Positions 33,875-44,691 of a DNA stretch of 64,000 nucleotides are shown piece by piece. The notes beneath the pieces are model-generated. The model saw only the letters and a list, made by a program, of their open reading frames with translations, ran no database searches and was not told the origin of the DNA. The stretch comes from Schizochytrium sp. TIO01 (Eukaryota; Protista; Bigyra: Labyrinthulomycetes), in contig SMSO01000032.1 of the NCBI GenBank assembly GCA_004764695.1, forward strand, positions 8,216,483-8,280,482. Reading direction: 5' to 3'. The number at the start of each line of letters is the position of its first letter. The stretch's first letter is position 1. Made by a program: the position numbers and the translations under genes.

Positions 33875-36800
33875 ATGGCCAACATGAAGCTACAGGTCTT
33901 CTTGTTAGACCACACGTGCGAAGAGCTGGAACTTAGCTCAGACAGCACAGCGAAGGTGAGTTCATTCGGCTGAGCGGACCAGCCGAAGGAGGGGATGTAA
34001 AATCCTGGGGATACGCAAGCACACAGAATTGCATCAAAAAAGCAGCGATGAATTATATGTTGAAACTATTCGTAACAGAACTTGCAAGTTAAATGCAAAT
34101 TCTGTTGCTGAATTCTATTGAGCAAAGCATCTGCTTAAATTTGACCTTGCAATTGCGCGCTTTGAGGTAGTGGTACCAAGGCACCTGATCACCTAAATGA
34201 CAAACTAACTTGCGCGACACAAATGGCGTTGTATTGTGCTGATCTCCTTTATTTTTAAAGGATGTATGTAAGGGTATGGCTCGTGTTATGGGCCTCGTTG
34301 ATAGCGATAGAGTTGCACAATACTTCTCAATTGTAGCTAATCTCGACGGCAAGCGTAAAGAAGCTATTATTCCGGAGCAAGACCGCATTGAAACCTGGGC
34401 AGTACGATGTTATAAGATCTTCTTACGGATTATCACCTTCGTTGATGGCCTTCTGCACTCTCGAGACCCTGGAATTTTGAGGCTTCGATATATTCAAGCT
34501 GTGCATGACCTTGTTTCAGGCAAATTTATGGCATCGGAGCGTACAATGGAAAAGCTGGCCGCACTTCAACTCCAGCATCGTTATGGACCCTATAAACGTG
34601 AAAACCGTAAGGACGGATTTGTGGTAGACCGAATTCTTGAGCTTTTACCAAGAAGTGCCCTGCCTCTTCGAAAACCATTCTTGTGGGAATCTAGAATATT
34701 TCGTGTTTATGAGGATCTTGGGGAACGTTGCGTAAACCCAAGAGCAGAATTTCTTCAACAAGTAGAAGCATTGGATCTATATGGCACCTATCGATTTGTA
34801 TGTCAACATAGTATGTCGCCACGCCGAGCAATGGGGTCGCTCTGCATCAATCGCCTAGGTGTTAACTTCGAAACTCGAGAGCGACAGGACGCCGCATCAT
34901 GGGAATGGCCAGAAATCTCTGGCTGGGCGTTTGACAAAAGGAACCCCCGATGGTTTCGTCTCTCGTTTCTGGGAGTAGATAGGAGCGATAAGGATAGTTT
35001 GCATGCTCAGGACAGCACTAGTAGTTCTGACCTGGAATCAATAGTATTTATTTGCAAAGACAAGGAGGCTCTCAACTTAGCAATCATTTGCTGGAAATAT
35101 ACACAAGTTCTCAGCTCAGCAAGGCGTCCACTCATCGAAGCATCTCACCACATCGCAAGCCCACCTTCCTCTGTACGTCATGGTTTAGTAAGCTATGGGT
35201 CGGACGGATCAATAACGACCTTGCAAACTGGTTCAGGGTCTTTCCAACTTAAAAGCAGCACTAGCAACCTTGTTTCCACGGCATCCAGACATTCGGCCAC
35301 GCACGAAGTTCCGGCAGCTACGAGAAACTATGACGGTGACAAAAGTAGTGAAAGCGAGAATCTTGAGGGCACAGGACCTTCGATTGAATCGCCAACCACA
35401 GACACTACCTTAAGAAGAGCCTTACCAGGGTCCGCTTCGAACGCCCATGCAAGCTATCCTTCAGGAGTTGAAAACAATCACAAAGAGAAAGCACCTCTGA
35501 CCCCCCACAAGTCAAACGGAACCAGCAACTATTCTGTGCCTACCCATGCCAACAAGAAGGTATCTGAAGCAGGTAGTGGTTCTGAGGATGAAACACTCTC
35601 CCAGGATAGCAATGCCAGAGATAGTATAAGTCATGATAATAGAGACTATGTTGGAACAGTGGACGGGTATGCTCCTGTTTCGTTACCCTGCTCACAAGGT
35701 AATGGAATTCCTCTGTCAGATCAAAGTAAGCAACTCCATCACAATGATGAAGAGACTCCCGATGGAGCGGATAAAGAGAGGATTTCTCACACCCGTGATA
35801 GATTTCGTGATGATAAACTTCATGTTGAACATCATGATGTTGAACGGCATGATGTTGAAAAAGATGAAGATGGACAAGATGAAGTTGAACAAGATGAAGA
35901 TGATATGGATGAAGTTGAACAAGATGAAGTTGAACATGATGAAGTTGAACAAGATGAAGTTGAACAAGATGAAGTTGAACAAGATGAAGTTGAACAAGAT
36001 GAAGTTGAACAGGGTGAAGTTGAACAGGATGAAGTTGAACAGGATGAAGCTGAACAGAATGAAATCGAACAGAACGAAGTCGAGCAGATTGATGAACCTG
36101 ATTTTGTTCATAGAAACTCTGGCAAAAGAGAAATGACAAATTTAGAAAGCAAGTCATTTGGAGAGATTCAAGAAGTTGATTCAGGTCCTGAATTTGGACA
36201 CGTTAATGTGCAGGAACATATGGACCCAGAGCGAGAAGTATCAAGACTCCAGGAAGAAGAAACCCTGAAGAGGGAACGCGCAGCTATCCTCCTTCAAGCG
36301 CAGGCGCGGGGTATCATTCAACGTAAACGGCTTGACGCTGAACTTGATGCCATGGAAGTGGAGGTTCAGGATCTTTGCGCATCTCGAATCCAAGCTATGT
36401 ACAGAGGTTATATTGCGCGATGCGTATTTGACACCAAACGATATTGTGCTACACTAATTCAGGCTATGTTTCGTGGCTATGCTGCCCGGCGTGACTTTGA
36501 TGAAATGGAGCGCGACTTTGCAGCCATTTATATTCAAGCACATGTACGTAAATTCCTTGTACGTTTACGCGTGCTGTCTCAAAACACCATGTCTATTCCA
36601 CCTTCTCCTCCACAATCACCGCCTTCTTCACCCAGAAGTGAAGAATCAGCTTCGTTAGAGCCACCCCCACCGGGGCTGGAATCCATCTCTGCACTGCCCC
36701 CACCCCCACCCTCAACACCACCACCACCACAAGTCCCCCCTCCTGGATTTGCAATAGAAGAGCAGAAACGCGATAGTGGTTCGCTCAACAAGATCTCCAC

Positions 36801-37143
36801 GAGCTCAAACCCAACAGCTGAGAACAAGAAATTAGACAATAATGAACCTTTACCTGGTTCAGAAAACCAATCAGGTAACGTTGTGGCTCCACCGTTGCCT
36901 CCGCGTGTGCCCCCTCCAGGCTTATTGGATGACATTTATAATGGATTAATTCCAGGCGTTGTCGGATCTAAAGGAGGCCGAGCGGCTGAACAATCTGAGC
37001 GGACAGTCAACCGTACAAGTGACACCCAAGCACCTCGCCCTCCAAATATTCCACCTCCAAAGAACTCGAAAAACTTTGTCCCACCACAGCCACCTCGAGC
37101 CCTTCCTCCTAATGCACCAGATGATGGCGAATATTCTGTATAG
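33875..37143 (+). CDS. FERM-domain protein with an acidic repeat, four IQ-like motifs and a Pro-rich tail; exons 33875-33955 and 34261-37143
   Basis: Exon 1 MANMKLQVFLLDHTCEELELSSDSTAK|DVCKGM (intron 33956-34260, GTGAGT...AACTAAC...AAAG) supplies the FERM F1 start. LRYIQAVHDLVSG...LAALQLQ and LDLYGTYRF...INRLGV match F2/F3. IQ motifs include IQAMYRG, IQAMFRG and IQAHVRK. Confidence 0.87.
35821..36087 (+). repeat. 15-bp coding minisatellite (GATGAAGTTGAACAA; DEVEQ)
   Basis: About 17 degenerate units inside the FERM gene. Confidence 0.93.
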
Positions 37144-37391
37144 TACCAGGGATGTAGTACACTTAGATAGATAGAGCATCCCAACATCTAAACTAAATTT
37201 TAACCCAGAAAGAAAGATTGCCAGTCTGTAAAACAGGATGATGCATTTGTGATCTTGATCCGGCCATGCGAGCGTGCAAGTTGATAGAAACAGTAGATGT
37301 AAACTTGAAAATGAAAAGGATATTGAAAAGAAGAAAAGAAGTTTAAAGGAAACATACAGCAGCGCGTTACTAAATGGTCAACGCAAGAAGA

Positions 37392-38035
37392 CTAGAAATG
37401 CGCAGGAGTTGTCTGTCGAGACCAGTTTGCGTAATCTGGGTCATACTTGAAAGATGCCTCGTCGAGAAAAATGTAGTCAATCGTGAGAAGAGTAACCATG
37501 ATACCAGCAAGTGTAACCTATAAATCGAATTTGGCAATTGTACAAGCAGAAATAGTCCAGCCACGGGTTTTACCATCATATATTAGAACGTCAACCGTGT
37601 ATTCCAATCAATTATGCATTTCGCAATCATACGTTAATTCGTCAGTCCTTCAGTTCCTCACACCTAGTTGTAATTGCAACTATAATAGTATATGCGATTT
37701 TAGAAAAGGCAAACAATAGCATCCCTCATGACATTACTCGTCGCATCCTCAAGATGCATGTGTCAACCAACATCTAATAGAGCTTTTGTCGAGCCCATAT
37801 CTGTCAATTGTAGCAATGCATCCAGCGAGGAAAGCTCTGGAGCAGCTCACCTAACCGCTTTAGCAGCAGGGGAAGTAGCCAAAATGGCATATAAAGAAGA
37901 CAATCATTCACTTACGAAAGCAGCCTGGATGATATCATCGGCAACGGCGAAGCCCATGACCGTGAAGAGAACGATCAGGATAATTTCCGTGTAACGGCGG
38001 CCATTAAGGCCAAGCGTGTAGTAAAGCATCGGCAT
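37392..38035 (-). CDS. Small two-TM membrane protein, 81 aa; exons 38035-37916 and 37517-37392 (absent from ORF track)
   Basis: Translation MPMLYYTLGLNGRRYTEIILIVLFTVMGFAVADDIIQAAF|VTLAGIMVTLLTIDYIFLDEASFKYDPDYANWSRQTTPAHF*. Phase-0 intron 37915-37518 has a GTAAGT donor and TTTATAG acceptor. CAAAC-ATG start context and coding-like codon use. Confidence 0.72.
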
Positions 38036-39256
38036 GTTTGATGTTGTTGTTGACGTAAAATGTGCTTGAAGTCCCTAAAATTCTCCAAAAGTTTCTCTGC
38101 AAACGCAAAGCTCAAGAAGCGAAAGCGAAAAACACGCCAAGAATGAGGCCGAAGAAAGCCAAGGCGTCTCTCGCGAGGTAAGTGTAGTGAGCAGAGAAAG
38201 AGGGGAAGGAGATGCCACAAGGAAAGAGGATCTCAAGTCGCCTCCGGATGCGGTCCCAGTGCAACGCAAGCGGAGACACGCGCGGCGAAGGCAGAGCTAG
38301 ATCTGAATTGGGCACGTCTTGAGCATGATCGAAGTAGCGTAACAGGCTCCACCTCACCCACTAACCTGAACTAATCATGTTTAACTGAGGCAAAAACCTA
38401 AATTAATCATGGATACCTGCGCACTTAGAACGCAGCATATTAGAACGACTCCACAAATAGAACGCTAGCTGGCTGTTCTTTTTACTGTTCCTTTCAAGGC
38501 TCAAAATGAGAACGGATTCTGCAGAAAAGGGGAAACGGGGAAAGAATGAGTAGAAAACAGAAGAAGGAAAAGAAAAAGAAAAAATCTTTTCTACAATGAG
38601 AGGAAGAAAAGAAAAAGAAAAAATCTTTTCTAAAATGAGAGGAATAAAAGAGTCAAATTCAAGTTCATAAGGAATTTTGAAGTAAGATAGAACTAGATCT
38701 CTCTGAAGGGTATTGAGCGAAGCACTGCAAAGACTCAGGAGTACGTGTGCTTGATTCAAGAGCCCCCTCGCCGCGCTTCTCGTGAGCACTGGCTAATTGG
38801 GAGTTCGCCCACACTGGTCTTAAGCAGCGGTCCTTCTGGCAAGCAGGTAAATCAGTCATTCAACTTCAATCAGCGAATCCATTTTCTGTCACTCCTTGTA
38901 GGCCTTCCGCGGAGTCCAAGTTTTGCGAGACACGTGAATATCGCAGCTGCCGGGACCCTTCAAGAACAGGCGCAATCCAACAGCAACAGCCTTGCATCAA
39001 TCATCCCCGTCGAGCCCCGGACCTCCCGCGTCCCCCAGTCGGCTAGTTTGACCAGGTACACTTGAGAATCCGGTCTCTGCTAAGGCGGCCGAATTCCACT
39101 TGTTACCTTCACTATAACATAACAAACACCCCACTCCAATCATTGACCACGTTCACCTGATCGATCTCTCGCACTCCATTGACTCCTTTGAGTGCGTTGC
39201 GCCTCGGAACTCACTCAGGTTCATTGCTTTGGGTTGACTGCCTTGGATTGGATTGC

Positions 39257-39318
39257 CTTGGATTGCATTGCACTGCATTGCATTGCATTACATCGCATTG
39301 CATGCATTGCATTGCATT
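39257..39318. repeat. (TTGCA)n degenerate pentanucleotide repeat
   Basis: Repeated ATTGC units in the leader region of the SYLF gene. Confidence 0.8.
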
Positions 39319-40058
39319 ACGTTCATTGGACTCCTAATTGCGTTTGACTCAGAGCAGCAATAGGTATAGATAGCTAGGTAAGCTAAGAGCATTCGTAGAG
39401 TAATTCGATTCTATCGACGACGCCTATTCCAGTAGCAGTACGGCGCGCCTTCTCGAGAGCTTCCGCGAGGATCGAAGAGACTCAGATCACACAGTTAGTT
39501 CGATAACTTGAGTAGTTGGCTAGCTAGTAGCTGCTGGAGCGGCCTCGTTACAGCGTATTTTCTGGGAACCTGGCGCGAAGGGCTGTGCTTGTTGAGTTTG
39601 CGCGAGCGTCTCGAGGAGCTGGCCAGCTGGCTATCCGCGGTGGTAGAAGCATTGTTAAAACTTTCAGAGGAGTGGGATCGTTCTGGGCTAGGTATCCAAA
39701 AGCAAAAGCAAAAGCAAAACCGAAACAGCAAAGACCTAGCTAGCTGGGAACTTGGAGAGTACCTTCGGAGGAGACAGCGGAGCTGGATAGCTTGCTGGCT
39801 GACTCTTTGGAAATTAAAGCTGTCTATAATCTAGGCCGCGCTAGCCAGCGGAGGTGTGATCCATAGAGTGGGCAATTGGCTCGTGAAGTGTGTGGTGACT
39901 ACTAATCTAATTGTTTCACTTTTGCCTGAGGACAGCGCAGGCTTCATTGGACTGAGAGCAAAACTCAAACTCAACAGGTCGTTCTGATCTGTCAAGGGAA
40001 CTCAGCTTCAACAACATCTGATACAAAGTAGGTGCGTAGAAAAACCAACAGCAGCAAG

Positions 40059-41369
40059 ATGAAGCGTTGGTCTCTTGAGGGCTATACGGATAAATGCATC
40101 CGCATGCTCAATGACATGGTCAACCCTCGCTACGTGTCTGCTGACAAGCAGATTCCGGCAACCCTGATCCGCCACTGCGAAGGTATTGCATTTATCACAA
40201 TCCTGAAAGCTGGAATGTTCGTACTTGGAGCTAACGCAGGCGGTGGTTGCGTTATCGCCAAGGTCAAGGACCCCAGCTCGCCAAGAGGTTGGCGTTGGAG
40301 TGGGCCAGTCTCCGTAACAGTTGGTGGCCTTGGTGGTGGCTTCATCTTTGGCGGTGAAAAAATTGACTCTATCATTATTCTTAACACGAAGAGCGCTGTG
40401 CGTGCCTTCATGGGTAAAGGTCAGATCACCCTGGGAGGTAACGTCTCTCTTGCCGTTGGCCCTGTTGGTCGTGACATCGAAGCACATGCTGGTCTTTCCA
40501 ACACCAAGCAGATCGTAGCAGCTTATTCATACAGTAAAGCACAGGGCTTGTACATTGGCGGCACTCTGGAAGGTGCATTTGTCATTAGTCGCCCAAAGGA
40601 TAACATTAAATACTATGGTGATCCTAATGCTACTGCTGAGAGAATTCTTTCTGGTGAGATGCGTCCTCCACTCAAGGTCGACACCCTCCACCGTGAGCTT
40701 TATGCTATTCAAGATCGCAAGGGAGACTACTCGAAGCTCCCGAGTTCAAAGAGCCAGAACCTCTCTCAACATGTGTCTTCTTCTCAGGGTTCGGAATCAA
40801 GTATGAACTTAGGACCCTCGAGCTCGGAACTCCCGCCAGAATGGAGAGAAGTATTTACTCCAGATGGCAAACCTTACTATCACAATGTGAAGACCAATGA
40901 GACCTCTTGGGAACGCCCTGCGCCCCCGGCATCATCGCAAGCTAACCCGTACCAGTATCAGGCGGGAGGCAACATGGGCGCTTCTTCTGCTCAATCCAGC
41001 AATAACTTTCAAACAAGCAACCCATTTCAAAACAGCACATACGGTGGTTACGATGTCCCATCAGCTGAGCCTGTAAATCCAAGCCAACACAATAATAATA
41101 CACCTCAAGCCATTCCAACGATGGGCAGCTCTCGGCCTTTCCAACAGACGTCAGCGCGCCCAATGCCACCTATGCCAGCACGTCCAGCTCAACCCCGCAA
41201 TGATACCGCGTTAGCCATGTACGATTACACAGCTGCGCGCCCTGATGAACTTTCATTTAAAGCCAACGATCGCCTCACAGTGCTTGACAAGAGTGATGCA
41301 AATTGGTGGAAGTGCAGTGTTGCCGGGAAATCAGGTCTTGCACCATCCAACTACCTCAAGGCTGACTAA
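40059..41369 (+). CDS. SYLF (Ysc84/Lsb3/SH3YL1-like) lipid/actin-binding protein with WW and SH3 domains
   Basis: First ATG at 40059. SYLF: IPATLIRHCEGIAF...KAGMF...GGGCVIAK...WSGP...LGGNVSLAVGPVGR...YSYSKAQGLYIGGTLEG. WW: LPPEWREVFTPDGKPYYHNVKTNETSWERP. SH3: ALAMYDY...ELSF...WW...PSNY. Confidence 0.93.
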   Translation: MKRWSLEGYTDKCIRMLNDMVNPRYVSADKQIPATLIRHCEGIAFITILKAGMFVLGANAGGGCVIAKVKDPSSPRGWRWSGPVSVTVGGLGGGFIFGGEKIDSIIILNTKSAVRAFMGKGQITLGGNVSLAVGPVGRDIEAHAGLSNTKQIVAAYSYSKAQGLYIGGTLEGAFVISRPKDNIKYYGDPNATAERILSGEMRPPLKVDTLHRELYAIQDRKGDYSKLPSSKSQNLSQHVSSSQGSESSMNLGPSSSELPPEWREVFTPDGKPYYHNVKTNETSWERPAPPASSQANPYQYQAGGNMGASSAQSSNNFQTSNPFQNSTYGGYDVPSAEPVNPSQHNNNTPQAIPTMGSSRPFQQTSARPMPPMPARPAQPRNDTALAMYDYTAARPDELSFKANDRLTVLDKSDANWWKCSVAGKSGLAPSNYLKAD

Positions 41370-41451
41370 TACAGAACATAGATTTTTGTTTCTTTACTTC
41401 AATTCATATTTTTAGTGTTCATCCTTCACTTTCTGAAGACGCAAAGTATCT

Positions 41452-44226
41452 CTAAAACAAAGGTTTTACTTTCATGCCAGGAGGCCATAGTGTTTTTGTC
41501 CTTGGTATTTTTGCTCTGGAAGCTTGCTTATAACTCCTATTGGTATAAGAGTTGGATAACAGACCAACCATAGAGCTTTGTTCCACCAAATCCGAGCATG
41601 CTGAACTTGAACGTACTGTATGAGACTCAGGAGGACACATTTTGGGCGCAAACAGCAAAGGAGACTTCGAGAGCTTCGAAAAATCCAAATGTGGAACTTG
41701 GGATTTAGTGGTGACTTGGGATCTCTCCAAAGGCCGTGTAGACTTTGCGCATGGCTCTGAACTCAGATCACATCTTAAGCCCTGCGATGATCGGCTTGAT
41801 GAGCTTCCCAAAGATGGCGTGGAATGAACACTTTGAAAGGATGAGACCGGATGTTCATTAAGACGAACAATCACCGGTAGTCGTTGAGTGTTTTTCACCT
41901 CTGCAGCTACAGTCTCAACTTCCTCATAGCTGCAACTACAACAGCAGAAACCTTCTTTACTGCATGGTGAGCTAAAATCCACTGCTTTATTCGTTCGAGG
42001 AAGTAGTTGACTGGACGATTGTGAGGAGCTAGAGGCATCGTCATAGCTTGATGAGAGGGAAGATGATAAAATGTCTGCTTGTATCAAGTGCTGCGATGAA
42101 GAAGATGCATGATTAGAAGAGGTTGCAAATAAGATGTTTGCACTATTTTCGAACCTTGGGGAAGGGGAGGAGCTTGAGATACATCTGGAGTTCAAGGAGG
42201 ACGCAGATAGCTCTGAAGAACTTGCTAAAGATGTAGGGCCAGATGCATCCTTATAATTTCTTGTTGACTGAGAAGAATTGAATGGCTCTGTGGAACTTGA
42301 GGACAATGAAGAGCTAGACGGCTCTATGGAACTCGAGGACGATGAAGAGCTAGACGGCTCTGTGGAACTCGAGGATAATGAAGAGCTAGACGGCTCTGTG
42401 GAACTCGAGGATAATGAAGAGCTAGACGGCTCTGTAGAAGTCGAGGACAATGAAGAGCTAGACGGCTCTGCGGAACTCGAGGACGATGAAGAACTAGACG
42501 GCTCTGTGGAACTCGAGGACGATGAAGAGCTAGACGGCTCTGTGGAACTCGAGGACAATGAAGAGCTAGACGGCTCTGTGGAACTCGAGGATAGCGAAGA
42601 GCTAGACGGCTCTGTGGAACTCGAGGACAATGAAGAGCTAGACGGCTCTATAGGAGTCGAGGACAACGAAGAGCTAGACGGCTCTATAGGAGTCGAGGAC
42701 AACGAAGAGCTAGACGGCTCTGTAGAACGCAGGGATAGCGAAGAGCTAGACGGCTCTGTGGAACTCGAGGACAATGAAGAGCTAGACGGCTCTGTAGAAC
42801 TCGAGGACAATGAAGAGCTAGACAGCCCAGAAGAGATTGGTGATGAAGAAGTGGTGAATGTCTGTTCCGAGTACATAAGATTACGGACGTCAGGAGAAAT
42901 AGGGGATCTCTCATGTTCATATCTTTCTTGGGCTCCTCTATACAGAGGAACTTCTATATGATTTTCCTTTTGTTCTGGCTGATGTGAATGTTCTGGTACT
43001 AAAATAGTTTTCTGGCAGCAAACTGAATAGTGAGATTGCGCTGTGGGTCGTGTTGCTGTTTTGAACAAGACTTTGGTAGAGTTACTGATTGAAATTTTGC
43101 CTTGATCACCTGTATTACTGCAGTAAATGTTTTCATTCATAGCCTGATTTCGAACTTCTTTCATTTCTTTCTCCTCGAACCCAAAAGGTGAAGACAAATA
43201 ATTACAAACAGAACTTTGAGGATGTTTAGGCCCTAACGTGGTATTCTCTGATTGCAAAACATTAGAATCTGGGGTTGAGCAATTCGAAAACTCTGAAGAC
43301 ATTTGTTCCAACTGGTCTGGTATTACAAAATATCTTTGCGGTTGCGAAGAGTCTTCCTCTGAACCTGATTGACTAGACGAGGTTAAATTCAAAATTTGGC
43401 CACGATGGTATCCTTGGTATGTTTCTGACATCCATGCATCCAATACATCTTGTTGGCCTTGTTGTTGGTGGCAAAAACCATGCAAAATAGAGCCTTCTGG
43501 ATCCTTTGTTGAAGACTTCCTCTTTACAGTATTGCTTTCAGTCTTTGAGGGGATCTTCATCTTCTTCATTTTCTTTTTACGCTGCCCCAAGGAACGGTTT
43601 TTGACACGATTTGCTTCTTTACACTCGCGAAGACTTTGTTTAAATTTCACTGCTAATTTTATATCAACATTTTTGGCTTCTTCAAATGCCTCGCGATAGA
43701 CATCCTCGGCACGCTCAAAATTGCGGTTCCCCTCGAGAACAACCGCATAAGTATGCAATGCGATTGGAAGAATTGAAGTGCATTCCATTATTCTACAGTT
43801 CTCAACAGCAGCGCAGGCCACGGGGTAAGCATCAGCGTAACGCTTCTTTGCAACCAATAGTGAAGCATAACGAAGCAGAATCTCTGGCGAGCCGTGCTTT
43901 AGTTCGATAGATTTAAACCAGGAGGTCATTAATCTTAATGCTGCTTTGGGCTGCTTTGTATCTTGTAAAAGCTTCGCATGCCAGTCAGTGAGCTCACAGG
44001 CCATTTGTACAGACCCTAGCAACGCTAAGTGTTGAGCCAGGCGGTCACATAGCTGTCCAGTTCTTAGCCTAGCCTCACTCGACGTTCTCACTCGACAATC
44101 TGTATGCGCAAGGATACTCAGTAAGTCTAGGGCTGCACTCTCTAGAGTTGTTCTTGGGGCATCTCTTTCTACAAGCTCTACAACTTGAGATAGTGCCTGG
44201 CACGCATCCTCCGGGCATTGCTTCAT
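41452..44226 (-). CDS. Uncharacterised protein with a TPR-like helical N-terminus and Ser-rich tandem repeats, ~924 aa
   Basis: Long ORF, first ATG at 44226. ALHTYAVVLEGNRNFERAEDVYREAFE is TPR-like; SSSLSSSSTEPS repeats follow. Confidence 0.75.
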   Translation of the reverse strand: MKQCPEDACQALSQVVELVERDAPRTTLESAALDLLSILAHTDCRVRTSSEARLRTGQLCDRLAQHLALLGSVQMACELTDWHAKLLQDTKQPKAALRLMTSWFKSIELKHGSPEILLRYASLLVAKKRYADAYPVACAAVENCRIMECTSILPIALHTYAVVLEGNRNFERAEDVYREAFEEAKNVDIKLAVKFKQSLRECKEANRVKNRSLGQRKKKMKKMKIPSKTESNTVKRKSSTKDPEGSILHGFCHQQQGQQDVLDAWMSETYQGYHRGQILNLTSSSQSGSEEDSSQPQRYFVIPDQLEQMSSEFSNCSTPDSNVLQSENTTLGPKHPQSSVCNYLSSPFGFEEKEMKEVRNQAMNENIYCSNTGDQGKISISNSTKVLFKTATRPTAQSHYSVCCQKTILVPEHSHQPEQKENHIEVPLYRGAQERYEHERSPISPDVRNLMYSEQTFTTSSSPISSGLSSSSLSSSSTEPSSSSLSSSSTEPSSSSLSLRSTEPSSSSLSSTPIEPSSSSLSSTPIEPSSSSLSSSSTEPSSSSLSSSSTEPSSSSLSSSSTEPSSSSSSSSSTEPSSSSSSSSSAEPSSSSLSSTSTEPSSSSLSSSSTEPSSSSLSSSSTEPSSSSSSSSSIEPSSSSLSSSSTEPFNSSQSTRNYKDASGPTSLASSSELSASSLNSRCISSSSPSPRFENSANILFATSSNHASSSSQHLIQADILSSSLSSSYDDASSSSQSSSQLLPRTNKAVDFSSPCSKEGFCCCSCSYEEVETVAAEVKNTQRLPVIVRLNEHPVSSFQSVHSTPSLGSSSSRSSQGLRCDLSSEPCAKSTRPLERSQVTTKSQVPHLDFSKLSKSPLLFAPKMCPPESHTVRSSSACSDLVEQSSMVGLLSNSYTNRSYKQASRAKIPRTKTLWPPGMKVKPLF
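42281..42823. repeat. 36-bp coding minisatellite, ~15 copies
   Basis: Unit GAAGAGCTAGACGGCTCTGTGGAACTCGAGGACAAT (+ strand) with point variants. Confidence 0.96.
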
Positions 44227-44691
44227 CCCTCCTCTTTTGTTCAAAGGGTTTTGGCCACTTCTCCGAATGGTCGTCTGCGATTACCCTTCAGTAATGAGTC
44301 CTTCCAGGTCCCAGTAAGCACAGCTGACTATCGTTTGTTCAAATTCATCTTATGCATATGTCCGTTGAGACCAAGGCGCTCTCAAAATAATACTCCCTCC
44401 TAGTAAAAATAGTGGTTAAAATGAGTAGTATTGCCTATTACGGAGTAAATGATAAAGGATGGCTCAACATATATTGAGAAATAAATAAAGACTTCAAATT
44501 TGATCGTATTTATTGCTCTCGAACACAGGGGTGAAAAAGTAGCAAAGACCAAAGTATGAGAAAAATAATCATTGAAAAACAAAACAAATACATTTGTGTG
44601 AACGGTTTGTGTGAACAAAAAGAAAAAAGGAAGGTAAAGCAATTCAGTTACATTCTAATACAGGCGTCTCACTTTAGTTCGCAATATTTTA

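Noticed and set aside
35540-36157. Several repetitive ORFs (VQLHL, NKMKL, FNFIL)
   Set aside because: Alternative frames of the 15-bp minisatellite inside the FERM gene.
42281-42823. 36-bp repeats as a CRISPR array
   Set aside because: Units are contiguous with no unique spacers, lie in frame in a eukaryotic CDS, and there are no cas genes.
42278-42961. 227-aa plus-strand acidic ORF (ELDGSVELEDNE)n
   Set aside because: Antisense reading of the 36-bp repeat with a non-ATG start. The minus-strand ORF extends far beyond the repeat on both sides.
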